Source of the DNA: Hydrolagus affinis
Lineage: Eukaryota
DNA: 64,000 nt
Assembly: GCA_012026655.1 (NCBI GenBank)
Contig: JAAILG010000113.1
Coordinates: 1 to 64,000, forward strand
Direction: 5' to 3'
Below are positions 41,245 to 55,945 of the stretch, piece by piece. A program made the translations under genes and the position numbers. Within the stretch, counting starts at the first letter, position 1. Each line of letters begins with the position of its first letter. Under the pieces are notes generated by a model. The model had not been told where the DNA came from and ran no database searches. It saw only the letters and a program-made list of their open reading frames with translations.

Positions 41245-41743
41245 CAGATCATCCAGAACTCTGCAGCCCGTGTCCTCCACCGCTCCAAGCTCTGCGACCC
41301 CGTCTCCCCCATTCATGCCCGACTCCATTGGCTCCCCATCACCCAGAGGATTCAATTAAAGATCCTGGTCCTCCCCTTCATAGCCCTTCACGGCCTCGCA
41401 CCACCATATCTCTGAGACCTCCTACCCCCTACCAACCTGCCTGCTCCCTCCTCCACTCAGCTCCATGTCCCGCATCCCACCATCGGCGTGTGAAATTTCA
41501 GCCACTCTGCCCCTAACATCTGGACTTCCATCCTGCCGTCCCTCTGCCTCCCCCCCTCCCTAGCCTCTTTCAAGTCCAAACTCAAAACTCTCCTCTTCGG
41601 TGGTCCCATCAGTCACCCCAAATCCCCTTTCTCTCCACCCTCCCACCAAATCCGACCCCAGCTCGGGTCTGAAATACTGACTGTCCAGCACCTTGGGACG
41701 TCCTCCCGACATGAAAGGGCTGTACAAGTATAATTTTGTTGTT
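41245..41743 (+). mobile_element. L2 LINE 3' end
   Basis: ATCCAGAACTCTGCAGCCCG...CTCCATTGGCTCCCC... and a (TTG)n tail. Confidence 0.85.
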
Positions 41744-44700
41744 ACTGTCGCACATCCCTTTGCTAGCGCATGTTAACCTTTTCCTGACGAAAGCATCTCG
41801 CATGCCAGTGATTCATTGCTTGTGACTGGTCTTCTGGTAAGGAAGAAAAACGCAACCAAAGTGTCTTTTTTTAAAAAATAATCATTCCTCAACTATATTT
41901 CACAGATCTATTCAATAAGATACAAACAATAGTCTTTTTCTGTACAGTAATATACAAATTCCATCTAAATTCCACTCGTACACACACACACACACATACA
42001 CAGAAATACAGGACCCAGTGCTGCACTCAGTGAATTCACACGAGTTCATTCTCACACTTTTCAAAATAAACATTTATATTTCACACCTTCTTACAAGCGT
42101 GTCACCGCATTTCAGTTTGGCAAGCCACAGACATAAAGTGCATTTCTAGTCCTGTAGCATCCAGTCTGCAAGTTACTGCTGTGTATACATTGCTCTCTCT
42201 TTGCATTCAGTGAAGACAGTACCATCCAAGGTGTTTTTAGGTGAATCCAGTAAGCTGGTCTCATTGGCCCTACTTTGCAATTACTTTGTAGTTAATTACC
42301 CTCTTGGTAAAGAAATATTGGTATCTGTTCTGAAGCTACTTTTTGCCACCCTTAATCTGTGCCTTCTTGTGCTGCACAGATATGTTTTCATTGTGTTTGA
42401 GTTCAACAAACGGCCCTGAATTGAATGACCAATTTTATCTGCGAGATTGTTGGCCAGGACGCTGGGAGAAACTCCCTTCTCATGTTCCAATAGCACGATG
42501 GAATCTTTAACTTCCAGTTGAAAAGTCAGATGGGACATTGGTTTAACGTCTCAAGGAAGGATTGCACCTCCAAACTTGTGGTGCCTCCCAGCACTACACT
42601 GGAAAATCAGCCTAGATTATTATGAGTCCTGACTTGGGTCTTAAACACAACAGATTCATCTGTATTGAATTTCTATCTACGCATTAACTCATATGTACCT
42701 TGTCTCATTGTTTTCGATCATGGCTTTAACCCAATTGTTTAAAGCAGAACTCAAATATAGCTCTGGCATCAGAAACTAGAAGTGCTGTCTGCTGGTGTTA
42801 ATCCAACACGCTGCTGAGAATCTAACAACCGATTTTGGATTCGAGTACTGAACAGAAGTTTGGGGGTGGAGGGGATTTCAGAGTATCTTTAATCTTAGAT
42901 ACAGAAATGCAATGACAATAATGATAGAATCTGTCCTGAAAAATCGCAATTGGATCCTGTGATTGAGGATCACAAACAGATCATTATTGATTTTATTTCT
43001 TCCCCTTCTATCCTGGAACCATTCACTTGTGCTGCAATATAGTTCCACAACACTGACTGCTCTCAGTACCTCTCCCAAGTGGACTTTAATCATGTAGCAG
43101 CCCCTGTCAGCAAGCGTTGAAAGACTATTTAACCATTGTGAAAGGTGCAGAGGGAGAAAGAACCTGATCCTATCCTTCAAGGAAGTCACTGATGAGTGAC
43201 ACACAACATGAACTTGTAAGCCAGTGTAGCTCAAAAATTTTTAACTGAAGAGGCAATGATAATATCAGAGAGCGAAAAACACAGAGGAACACTTTGTACA
43301 CTGGATAGCTACAAGAATGGTATGAAACTGTACCGCTAAATATCGTAAAAAGCATAACAAGAACAGTAATTAAACATGAATAAATTCCTGTGTGAGTCTT
43401 TGTGTTGGCTGAATTAACATTAACATGGCTGTAAATTCTCAGTGGTATTCAGGACTGCCACTGTCTTATCTCGAGACTCAGGCGCTCCATCCTGTCCCGT
43501 TATTGCTGCGATTTGCTCTGTGGGTATTGCTGATAATTTCACAGTCCAGAGTCCTGATAAATCAGTTCTGACAGAAGTACCAATGGAAGCCACACACAGG
43601 CAACCCTCACTGAATAATTAGTCCATAACCCACGACACATTCCAGAGCAAGACTCGAGGCCATGTTTTTCAGCTGTTTATTCACACCTCGCAGAGAGGTC
43701 CAGTGACCGCAGCCACTGGACTAAAGGAGTGAAATGTTGGAATAGCTATGATTTTTGTTAATAGAGATATGTTGGTCCCTTTATATTCTGAGTACCTCTG
43801 AGATGGAAAATGATAAACAGAGAGATGGGGGCTTAATGGTCAGATGAAGTTAAGGAAAGCCATAAAACACTATTGAGATTCCGCAGTTTATCTTAAGAGA
43901 TATTTATTTCAACAGCTAAGAAGGGATATTAAATGCATGAAATAAATTTGGAATACTGCATGAAATTCACGATTAAAAGCCAATAACTGAAAAGTATCAG
44001 AACAATAGGATCACATGGATGATGCAAGGGATGAGATAGATTTGAAAAATAGATTTTTATATAAAGAAAATAAAGAGGGTCTTCAAAATTCTGAAGCATT
44101 TGATTAATAATAATTATAATAATTATAATCCTTACATGTGTAGTGGTACCTTTCACTTCAGGAGGATGTCTCAAATTGCTTCACAAGATATACTGTAAAT
44201 TCTGAAATGTATTTTAAAGGATTAATAGTGAAGATTATTCCTGCTGGTCAGTAAATCAGTCACAAATATTAAATATTATGAATTAAAGGGAAGGTAGAAG
44301 GAATCTCTTCACACACAGAGTTACTGGAATACAGAGAGCTTTATCACAAGTGGCTACTGATGGCAAGACCAGACCAACATTTAAAAAGAATTTTGAACAT
44401 AAGACAAAAGGAACAATCTAAAGCCTGTGGGAAAAGGGCAGGGAATTGGAAACAGAGTGGACGAGCTCACACCAGCCCTGGTTTCCATCAGTGCACCCCT
44501 CTATCCTGAGTTGTCCCATCACCCTTCAATCCTCTGAGCAACAGCTGTTGTGGGGAGCAGTTAAACCCTCAGCTCACTATCTATAGCAGGCAGATATCTG
44601 GTGCAGGATGCTAATTTAATGCACTGCCAAAATGCCAGGCCTGAAGTACAGCTCCTTTAGTTCTGTTGATTAATCAAAGTAAAGCCACAGACTAATATTC

Positions 44701-45085
44701 AAATAAAGTGAAAACTGTACTCCATTAATGCACACTGCTGCAGCTAATGTTTTCAAAATCATCCACCAGCCTACGCAATATTGTTTTCATCAGTATGCTA
44801 CAAACATCATCTCCGCTCCAAAGCTTTATCTCTTTGTGCACATGTAACACTGTCACCACCTTAAGGGTTTTATTTGTTGCAAATGTTTCCCCCCACTCTC
44901 TGTGCCTGCACACCTCATTGTTGCTACTGTCCTGGCAATGTACCGCAAGATGCCTGTGTTTATTCAGCTCTCATCCATGGAGCAAATCAGCTTTTGTCAA
45001 ACCAAAAGTTACCTGAACTTTGCAAGAGAGCTGAAAAGAGGAGATACAGATCTCATTTCATGCCGGTGGCTTTGACACTGCTTGA

Positions 45086-45272
45086 TTATATACACCAAAA
45101 GCATGCTTTCTTCGTCTTTCGTGGTTTCATCTTCATGTCCTGTTTCTGTCCACTTGGATTATCTGAATTGTGTCTGGCCACATGTGTCTGGTGTGGATTC
45201 TCCTCTTCGCATTCCAGAGTTTGTAGTACTTGATTATATCTGCCTTCCTGCTGCCTAAAGTCATATTCTACA
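45086..45272 (-). CDS. INSYN2B: INSYN2B/FAM196B terminal coding exon: VEYDFRQQEGRYNQVLQTLE...KPRKTKKACFWCI*
   Basis: Minus-strand ttttttcccag|T acceptor, 187 nt to TAA. SVEYDFRQQEGR and the KK.CFW.I C-terminus match FAM196B, and the phase joins the upstream exon (AG+T = Ser). Confidence 0.92.
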
Positions 45273-48200
45273 CTGGGAAAAAACACAAGAAACATCAAGT
45301 AAAACTGCGTGCTGGCGATCTGCAGAGTTAAAGGATTACATGCCATATGATGGTTACATTACATCGGGCTTGATCTTTCAAAAAGTTCACTCATTTGGTA
45401 TCTCAAGAAGCTTGTCATTCGTCAATGTGGGATTTTTGCCTTGCTCCCTACAGGGAATAGTAATCAAATAATACACGTATTTGCTGTAGCACCTAGAATG
45501 TCAACCATCTCAAACTGCATCACCGATAAATGTTGTGCCCGTGAAACTAAACAAATAGGTTGTACAAACAGGTATAAAGGGAACAATCAATTTATTTGGA
45601 ATAATTGTTGGTCAGGAGATGAGGACAAAAGCCCTTCTCTTTCCCAATAGTTTTGTGTGTTTTTTTAACAACTACCTAAACATGCAGTTATAGGATGAGA
45701 ATATCTGGATATGGATGAGCAATGAGAACCCTGGCTGATTTCTGCGTTGCCAACACACTGTATACTGAGATTAATTGTAGTCACAAGTGCGACTTAAACT
45801 TTTTGCCCTCCAGCTTCAATGTCTTACTGGTAAACTATCGCTGATTGCTCAGCTCATTTTGAAATAGAAACTGTAACATTATGAATATTTTATGGGAGTC
45901 TGTATCAACCTCTCTGAAAAACGTTCTTCATTCCCTCAAAGCGTTCCTGGGGCTTGTTCATTGTAAAGGCTGAACAAATCCAATGGAGTGAGAATTAAGT
46001 TGCACAGTGACTGCTAGAGTTAATCTTATAGATTTGTCACAGCACACATCAGCTTTATTATTTGGTCCCAAGCTGCCATAGATCAGGTCCTGGAAGTGAG
46101 ACTTGCCTGGTTGATAATGCGTCGATTGAAGACTTTTTGCAAATGCTTGACTGTCGTACCTCGGTTACTTCTTTCCTTTTGCTATCAATGCTAATAAAGT
46201 GCGGTTACACTGTTGTTCATGCTTAAGGTTCGATTTACTGAGTTAAAATAATTCCCCACTTTTGTAAAGAATGAATCTAATGCTTGACATTTGTGTGTGA
46301 GAGAGTAAGGGTTCGGGGAGGGATGGAGAAACAAATAAACAAACAAACAACTTGAGGTGGGAAGCGTTTGTTTGATGTTGTATCTATAATGTTGAACTAT
46401 CTCAAAGCACTCTACTGTGCTGTTATAGGCTATCTAATGCAGTGATTGTATCATTGTAAGCAAACACAACCAATGTATACATACAAGAGGTACAGGAGAT
46501 TACATTCTCACTCTTTGGCTGTTTTTTCCTTCAATTTTGACACTTTCAGAAATTTCAATTAGCTGTTTTTAACCTATCCTTTACACCATTGTCTGTTTCT
46601 CACTGTCTCCTACTGAGTGGATATCTGTATGGATCGATCAGTAAACACCAGGAACGATTCAGTTTTTTGACATATAAATGCATTCAGACTTGAGTATCTA
46701 TCCACATCAATGTCACTGGCTAGCCCTGGGCTTCTGTGCTAAGCTGTTCAATTTGTCTGTTGACAACCTCAGGTGAATATGATGCCTTTCAGTACAGTTT
46801 AAAAATAATAATCCACAGTTTTGATATGGTGTTTATAACGTCAAAACATTTCAGAGCCCATCACACAGAATTTCTGTAAAGTGTGGTGATTGCACATTTG
46901 TTGGCAAACTTGACAGTCAATTTATGACCATCAATATCCCACAAACAGCCAAAGTAGCGAATGGAACAATTTCATCTGTAGGATTGTTGGCCAAGCCACT
47001 AGGAGAAACTCTTTTCAAATAGTTCCATGGGATCTTCAATGTCCACAGGAACAGGTCAATGGAATTTAGCAAACCAGTTACTTACTCTTCTATTTTACAA
47101 AATCTTACCTCATCAAAATTAACTTGCGACACACTCTACCAAATGTCTTTCGAAAGTCTAATCATAGAACATTCACAGGTAGTTATTATTTATTAATCCA
47201 GTCACCTTCTCAAAGAAGTGCTGTAATTTGGATGTTGCGGCGTCTGAAAGCATTCTGACCTGTTCATAATGACTTTCCTTCTTGATAGCTAATTTTGTTA
47301 AGACATATATAATGGTCTCAAATCATTTTTCTTCTCAAACAGACCTGAAGCCCATTGCTTTATAGTTCCTAACGTTCGAGCCATAAAACTTTACAGCACA
47401 AGAGAAGGTCATTTCTGTTGATTGTGTCTGTGTCTGCTCTTTGAAAGAGCAATCCACGAATACAATTTACCTTTTCTTCATACTACTGAAAATGACACCT
47501 TTTTAGATATATGTCAAGTTCCTTCTTGAAAGTTAGTTTGAATCCTGCCTTGACAACCTCTCTCTACAGGAGATTCCACATTCCTGAAACTTCTCCCAAT
47601 GAGTTTCAATTGTTCCTCATCTGCTGTTAGCTTAAACTGAAGCCATCTACTTAGACTCTCCGACCAGTAAAAATGATTTATTTACTGTATCAAAAACCTT
47701 CCATCATTTTAAAGACCTCTATCGGGTCTCCCTACTTCCCCCCAACCTTTCTTATTTCATTGAAAGGAAGCTCTGCTTTTATTGTGGTATATCTCAGTAA
47801 ATTCACTGTAACCAATGATCTTATATTGACATTGTTACAGTCACCATTGATGTTTCAGTCACAATGTCCACCTAGTGCGCATATCTTGAGACACCCGATC
47901 ACATGCCTCAATGGTTCCTGTTTCTCATCGATTATAATTCCCACAGAGGATACGTGTGGCTTTGACTTGCCAACCTCGGTTTGACTTTGATAGCTAATAA
48001 TCTGATTTTGATACAGTCATGGCAATCCAAGCCACATCAGACAGGGTTAATTATGCTGGCACAGAGAATATTTCCCTGCATCTGACAATGATTACATCTG
48101 ATTATTATACTTGGGACTATTTCAACATTCGCATAATAACTTTGAGAATCTCAGTGAGCGATGCAATGTTATTTACTGTGAGTTTGTCTATAAGTATTCC

Positions 48201-51200
48201 TTTATCAATCAATCACTTTCCCTTTTAAGTTTTAAGTGTCAGCCTAGCTCAGTTAGTCGCACTCTCGCTTGTGATTAAGGAAATTGTGAGTTCCAGATGA
48301 TGACGAGTTCACATAATAGTTCACATAAAGAGTACATTTTAAACTGAGGAGGTAAGGTCCACATATGAGCTGATCACCTACTAATTCCACAAAGGTTAAT
48401 AGACCTGTGGAAGCAATTACCGAAGTAGACAGTGTAAATGAAGAGGCGAGCAGGTCAATTTCTGAAGTGGAAGGATGTAGGGATAGATGGAACCGAGAAT
48501 GTAAGACAGGCAGACTTTGACTTAATAATTATTTCTCGTTCATGTGTTCTTACACATTCCTAGTTATGTGTTGACCTTCAAATCATAAGATTATTCCATA
48601 TATGAGCATTTGCTACTCCATATGGCGTCGTCCATAAAGGGTTAGGCAAACTGAAATAACACAATGGATACTCTGTACACAATGCTGGTTAATATTCTGC
48701 TCATCATTCTGGAAATTTGTTAGCCAATTAAGTCATGCAAAGTAAATCCCTCTCGACAATACACTGCAAGTCATTAGAGGCAATGTATTAAGGTGAGAGT
48801 CACTATTTAGACAGTGGTACTGCTTTCAATAAAGGCAATTATAAAAGGAGACAACTTGATCATGTTGAACACCAGGATGTGAAAAAGGGAAAGGTTAGAT
48901 GGATTCTGCAAAGTTGCACGTTAAGCACCTTAATAACAGAAAGAAAGATTTGTGCTTAGGATAAGTAAATTTTATTATTGTTAACTTAACATTATCCGAA
49001 AAGTGTGTCCTTATTTCAGTAACTCTGCTGTTCCCCATAGCTCTCCTCTCTCTCCCACTCCAATCCTTCTCTACATCAATGAACTCTTTCTTAGATGTTC
49101 CAAGACTGCGGAATCCTCAACTCTCTCTCTTCTTTCTATAATCTGCAAAGTTGGAAATCCAAGTTTGGTGTCACCTGATCTCTACCTCTTGTTTTTAAGA
49201 TCTCCTCGCAAATGCTTTTCTTCCAGCCTAACTAAACTAATACCCCAGTCCTCCTGAGAACATCACCTTTCTGTTGCTTTTTATAAAGAAATGAATTTAT
49301 TCCCCATTTATCCTGGTTTTTATTTCCTCCCAAATCCAAATTTACCAATTTCAATTTAATTGCCTATTCTTCTTATATTTGTTTACAACAATAACAACAA
49401 CCTGAATTTATGTAGCACCTGTCACATAGGGTGTGGTCTCGGAGTTGCTTCCACAAACATTCATTTTCATTTCTAATTCTATTTTATAAATTGCCTCGAG
49501 ACATTTACTCTTACGTGAAATGCTATATAAACGCAAGTTAATATGTATATTATTATGGATCACTGTGGGATTTTGGCTCTGCGCTTTGAAACAGGATTGT
49601 ACCGCATTGGGAGCCTCACTACGCTTCCACAGCGATTAAGGCTTATCTGTAGAGAAACATGCAAACAAACTGCAGGATATGAACCTTTGCAGATATGTAT
49701 TGTGTAAATAAATGCTTTGGCATCTTGTATACTACGTTGCAGGACTAGATTTATGCCACTGACCACCATAGGGACCAGATTAACCTTTGCTAACCCAAAT
49801 TTAAATCATGGTATTAAAATCACTATATTGAAACCACTCTATAATCTTCATGAACAGGACATCATTGGACCACATATACAGTTTCAGTTCACAATTATAT
49901 TAGTACCTGTGGTGTTTTGACAAGACTGTGATTGCCACAATTGATTTTATTTATGATGGAGGCTTTAGCTTGTTTGAAAACAGTTATGCTCCACCACGAT
50001 TATGTTATGGTCAGTACAGCTTTCTGAGAGGACAATAGAATTCCATAGGTAACCAGTGTTAATGATAGGTATTCGTCGATAAATCATCCCTCTGCTCATT
50101 TATTTTGTTCAACAAAGAACAGGGCTTTGATACACTGGGGAGATGCAATTGCTATGACTGCTTCTTTATTGTTGATTATCTCCATTCACTCCTATGCCAT
50201 TAAATTTATCCTTCCTTTCTGCAAATAGGCTTTTTTTATTTGAACTTTAGTGGACCCATCAATCTCAAAGATGCTGCACTAATTATCACCAGCCATAAGT
50301 ACCCATACCACACAACAGGCAACTCCTCATAAAAGATTAGTTCAGTGACAATTTAGCCCTCTGCACAAGGTTGCTGATCGGTATCAATTATTAAAATGTA
50401 AATTTATGGAAAGGAATATTCCAGACTGCTATTCCCTCTCTTTCCCAAGTGTCCATATATTTCAAACTTCACAGAGAAAAGATGAAATTAAGAAGAATTC
50501 CATGAAAAGCTGGAAAACATGTCCTTACACAATACAGGAGTCATGTGGAATTCACTGCCACAAAACCCTTATTTAAGCAGTCAAGCAATTATTTTAAAAG
50601 TTAATTTCATAGATGTTTCTAAAATATTGAAGAGTATGGCAGAAAAATGGAATTAATCTTGGTGGCTTATGTGGAGAATACCATCAAGTTATACTTGATT
50701 GACCGAATGACTCGATTTCTGCACTGTAACATTCTCTGACTGTACATTACATTCCTTGCAGCCTGTGGGTTTAGACTGGCACTGGCATTAGCTCTGTGTT
50801 GTTTGAGTTAACTCCCTGAAAAGATGCAAAAAGGAACATTTACCATACATAAGAAAATACCTTGACAAAACATATCATTTGGCCAGTCAAACCCATTACT
50901 TGTATCGGCTTCTCTATTATGGACTCCATGGAATCTCACTCACATCTCTAGAATATGTATCCAGGCTCATAACTCAAATTTTCAACTCCTTCTGTCCACA
51001 GACAATATTTCCCACCCTCTGACCCTGGCCACAATAGCACAAAAATCATTATGTGCCAATCATCAGTATTTCTTGACCCTATTTGAAATGAGAAAGGAGT
51101 TTCTTCAGTCCCCAAGACAAAAGAATCCTCCATATCAAATAGCTATTCAGTTCATGATTGTTTGTAGGATCTTCCTAGTGTAAATGACGACCACATTTGA

Positions 51201-52093
51201 AAACCAAACCAATCATTACACTTGATAGTAACTATCTGTGATGCACTTGCGAAGTTCCAACATAATGAGGCGCATTTACCTCAGTTGCTTTATCATCCAG
51301 TAAGGTTTCTGAGCAGACACTCTTATCCTGTTCTTTTTTGCAATGGTTAATCAATACAGTAAAAAATGCTTCTGTTGAGCATCTGTAGCACAAAACTCGT
51401 GCTCTGCAAGAAAACAATGTAGACTAACATTCTTACTGTCCATTGGCACTCAAATGTATTTTAATCTACAGCAAATCCTTCTAAATCCCAAATCATCCAT
51501 CAGCCTGTACTTATCTTATCCTAACATACATAAACTACAAAGAAACCTGAATGATAACAGGTGGGCAAAGCTTGCAGATGATTGGTAAAAATAAACTTCA
51601 AGATAAATTTCAGAAATTCTGTGTCCAATGTAATTATTTTTCAATTGGATTATTTCACGCAGAATTCTAACAGAGTATAGCTTGAGGTTCAGGTCCATCT
51701 GTAGTCATTTTCAATTATGATTAACAGGAGAGTGAGTTCTTCCTACAATTTATCCTTCTGTTCAGCCATGAGAAACAAGGACTTTTGTGTCAATGATAAC
51801 CACAACTACTATGTACATTAAAGAGCATTTTGTCATTTAAAAGTATATTTATAAACCCTTCAAAGATAAGATTGCTTCAAAATTCCTTGAACATTGTGTG
51901 GGAAAGCATGGCACGAATGTCCTAAACTAACTTGCACTTGAAGATGATCCATGGAATATTGAAGCATTGCTTCATATTGGAGACTTTAACTATCATTGAG
52001 CAGCATGATTGCTACCGTGAAGTAAGTGGATATGTGCTTTAAATCATCCTTCTGACATGAAAGGTGCTGTAATAAATCTTAAATTATTGTAAC

Positions 52094-52378
52094 AAGTGAG
52101 AGACGTGGGTTTGATTCCTGGCGGGTCATAACCTTGGGCAAGTCTCCTTACTCCACGCCTGATAGTATTCCCTCAAGAAAAAAAATACAAAATTCGTGAC
52201 TTCAATCCATCACTGCTAAAGGACACTGCTGTGCACAATTGGCTGCCGCATCTTTCACACAAATATACAGTCAATACACTTTACAGTATAATGTGTGAAG
52301 CACTTTAAGATGTCTAGAAGATGTGAAGAGTGCTACATCGAATGCAAGAATTATTATTATTATTGTTATTATCATTAT
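52094..52378 (+). mobile_element. tRNA-derived SINE, short subfamily, 5'-truncated
   Basis: Recognisable from the B box to the tail. Confidence 0.8.
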
Positions 52379-53389
52379 TCAAGGGTAACCCCATTGATGC
52401 AATTGATAAAACTACAGCCTTTAAACCAGGAGTTTACTGGTTTGAATCCAAGTTTCTGGGAGTCAGGAAAGGGTACAACAAACTTGGTTTCTGCTTCTGA
52501 TCCCTCTATAGGACTTTCCAGCAGTTGGGGTTTATAGCAGCCAAATGGAGAGGAGTCATGCCTATCTGTGATGGCCCTCTCGAGTGGCCTGGCGATAGGC
52601 ACTGCCTATCAAGGCTCCTACATGAACAATGATCACTTGAGCATTTTGAGCCTCCAAAACTGTGGAATAAATAACAACAAAATATACATTTGTGTGGTCC
52701 TTAGCAGTGCAAGTATAGTTGCCGTTGAAGCTGTAGGGTTTAAATATGTTGGGTTGAATGGTGTACCTGATCTGCCCTGCAAGACCATGAAAAAGTGGTT
52801 TGGAGTGCAAGCTCTTCAGTAATGTTGAAATATTCATCTTTGCTTTTGATTTAAGTAAGTTTGAAATGTCTCAAATCACTTCACAAATAATAATCCTTCC
52901 GTTTGATGTAACACCTTTCACATCAGGAAAATGTATCAAATCATTTCACAAATGATACTGTTAACTGTAGCGATGGTCTATTTGGAAAAAATAATATTTT
53001 ATTTGGAATAAACTGAGAATTATTTGGAGTGTGTTAACAGACAGTCCATTGCGCCTGGCCAAGAATGGCAGAACAACCTTGTTCTTTCACAACGACTGGC
53101 AAACGATTGAGGAGATCCATCCAGTCATACACGATCAATGGGAATTGAACCATTTGGTTTCATTGGGTTCGATCAATGAGTCAATTCTGCTGGGGAAACC
53201 AGCCTGTCCAGAGTTTGTTACATTTACCCAATGTCACAGCACAGCATGCATGTGGCTTAGCAATATATTCACAGGAGTAATTAATAAGGCTTCAGTTGTG
53301 TTAGTTGTCAGTGTACACAACTCTGCTGGGTCCCTGGAAACTTGCCATTTACTCAGTTCTTTTTTTTAAAAAAAATCAAGAAATCCCAA

Positions 53390-53746
53390 AGGTTAGTGGT
53401 TCGAGAATTCGCTTCACAAGTGAGAGGACCTGGGTTTGATTCCCAGCAGGGCGAAACGTTGAGAAAGTTTCCTTTCTCCACACGCCTCTGTTTACCCAGC
53501 AGTAATAGGAACCTGATTGTTAGTTGATTCGTAGATTGCTTTTCCAGGGGGAATATTCCCTTCAGAAATGATTATATAAAAAATGATAGTAATGATAATT
53601 TGGTCAATCAATCCACAGTTGTGTGAGATACACTGCTGTGTGCAATTAGCTGCGTTTCTCCCACAAAAACATACAGTCAATTCACTTATCATGTCTCAAA
53701 AACACGATAAGTCACTATACTTCAAATACAAGGATTATTATCATTA
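53390..53746 (+). mobile_element. tRNA-derived SINE, long subfamily
   Basis: Head, CTCTGTTTACCCAGCAGTAATAGGAACC segment, Deu-like domain and tail. Confidence 0.83.
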
Positions 53747-55315
53747 TAACATATATGGAACCATATTGTAGACAAGCACATCTGTATGTATCCACGCAAG
53801 GGAACCAGTACTTGTAAAGGAATATAAGGGTGTCGGTCCTGAGGCACTTGAGTAACAATGATAATAAAAGCCTCCAACTGAAAATGATGGAAGTGCATCT
53901 GTGATCCACTGTCAAGCCGTGAAGGTTTTTCAAGGGATCAAAGTTTTAAACCTGATGACTTCCTGTGGATTATTCAGCCAGCAGAATCTTTATTCTGTCT
54001 ATAGCTATCCTCGATTCTTCATTCTGACAAGCTGAGTTTGTCATTGTGGGTTTACATCTCCTCTCAGGGCTCGTGTTTGTAATACAAAGCTGAAGCTCCT
54101 GTGCACCAATAGGGAGAGGTTATATTTCCAGCATTGTTAGAAAAGAGCTGGAAGTTTCTCCTGTTGTCTTGGAGCTTGGCCAAAAGTCCTCTAGATAAAT
54201 TGTTCATTCCCCTCAAAGCTACGGGTAGGATATGGCTGGCACAAGTAGCCAATCCCAAAAAACAGAGCCTGCTCTTGACAGTGAAGCGCTGTGAAATGAT
54301 TTGATGCCATAAGACACTGTAGAAATGAAAATTATTTCTTCAACGCTTCAGGTGGATTTCATACTTCGGTTCTAGAGACTTCAGACAAAGCAGTAACCTA
54401 GAGACTTAACCTCATTCCAAATTGCCACTGCTTTTACATTTCCATCACACCTACAATTGGGCAATTGTGGTTCTCTCTCCACATGCTTTTTATTTTGTAA
54501 CAACAATCTGTGTTTCTCACTGAGCAGAAGGCCCTGGATTTGAACCGCAAAGTAAATGAATGAGGTCTTATTGAAGTCAGGCAGGAGCTGGTTTCACCTG
54601 CTGATAAAAAAATATACAGCATGCGGCTTCTTATACAAGCTTAAGGGAATCTCGACCTGTCAGCTCATCAGCTCGATAGATATGCCTTACTATGTCGTTT
54701 TAAGCAAGGCAATTACACACTAACTGCAGCTTTTACCAAATCTTGCTTTACATATTTTTCAAAGGGACATGAACAAATTTATCTTCTTAAACTGCAGAGA
54801 GGTGAATCATGCATAAAAGATCATAAGTGCTTATAGACTGAGAACAATACTCCACAAAGTGTCATTTTTACAGGCTGACTCCTAAGGTTAGACATGATTT
54901 CTCCTCGTCTTCATAACCTTCTGAAGTTTTCCTCTGCACACATTGTTGCTCAGGCAGTAAATGAGTTGGCATCTCATTACAACGAGCAAAGCTTGTTTTC
55001 CGATACACTTTACAGCAGGAATGCAACCCACTAATTTGTGGCCACTCAGAATCCAACACCATAGTTTGTCTTTCCTTCACTTCCTGCAGGGCTGATCTTT
55101 AAAACCATGAGGTGTTACCAGAATTGGGATTCAATGCTGTTCCCGCTCCTTTCATAGTATTCCATTGGATGTGAGAAACAGGAGAGCATTTGGCCCAGTA
55201 AACCAGCTCTGTCACACACCATCCCCTGGCTCTTATTCAGAGCATAGGAAGTGAAACATATAAATATGAGATCACAGTTCAAGCTGAGACTCCACTGCAG
55301 TATTTAGAAGGGAGA

Positions 55316-55945
55316 AGAACAATAAAAAAAATTACATTTCACGTCAGGAGGACATCCCAAGGCTCTTTTACAGTCAGGTCGGGACCTGAGCAAGGGGGAG
55401 GAGCAGGGTAGGGGGAGGGAAAGAGTTGGGAGGGGACGGAGAGAGTTGGAGGGGTGGCAGAAGGCACAATCGAAGAGAGGGCCTCGAGACCGGCCTTGAA
55501 AGAGGCAAGGGCGGAATTGTGGCGAAGGGACTGTGGGATGGAGTTCCAGAGTGTGAGGGTAGAGAGGGTGAAAGCCTGTCCACTGATGGTAGGGCAGGTC
55601 GGGTGGGGGACATGAAGCAGACTGGAGCTCACTGAACGTAGAAGGCTGGAAGGTTCATAGGGAGTCAGCAGGTCAGAGAGGTAGGAGGGGGCAAGGCCAT
55701 GAATGGCCTTAAAAGTGGGGGTAAGGATCTTGAATTCGATCCTTGGGGGAGTGGGAGCCAATGGAGCTGGGCAAGAGTGGGAGTGATGTGGTCGAGGAGC
55801 CTGGTGCAGGAGAGGACATGAGCTGCAGAGTTCTGGATGAACTGCACCTTGTGAAGGGAAGAGCCAGCAAGGCCAACGAGGAGGGAGTTTCCATAGTTAA
55901 ACCTTTATATGACAAATGCATGGACAAGGATTTCGGCAAGCACTA
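55316..55945 (-). mobile_element. L2 LINE 3' end
   Basis: Minus-strand peptides IQNSAAHVL...HITPTLAQLHWLP and RIEFKIL...FKAIHGLAPSYL. Confidence 0.88.
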
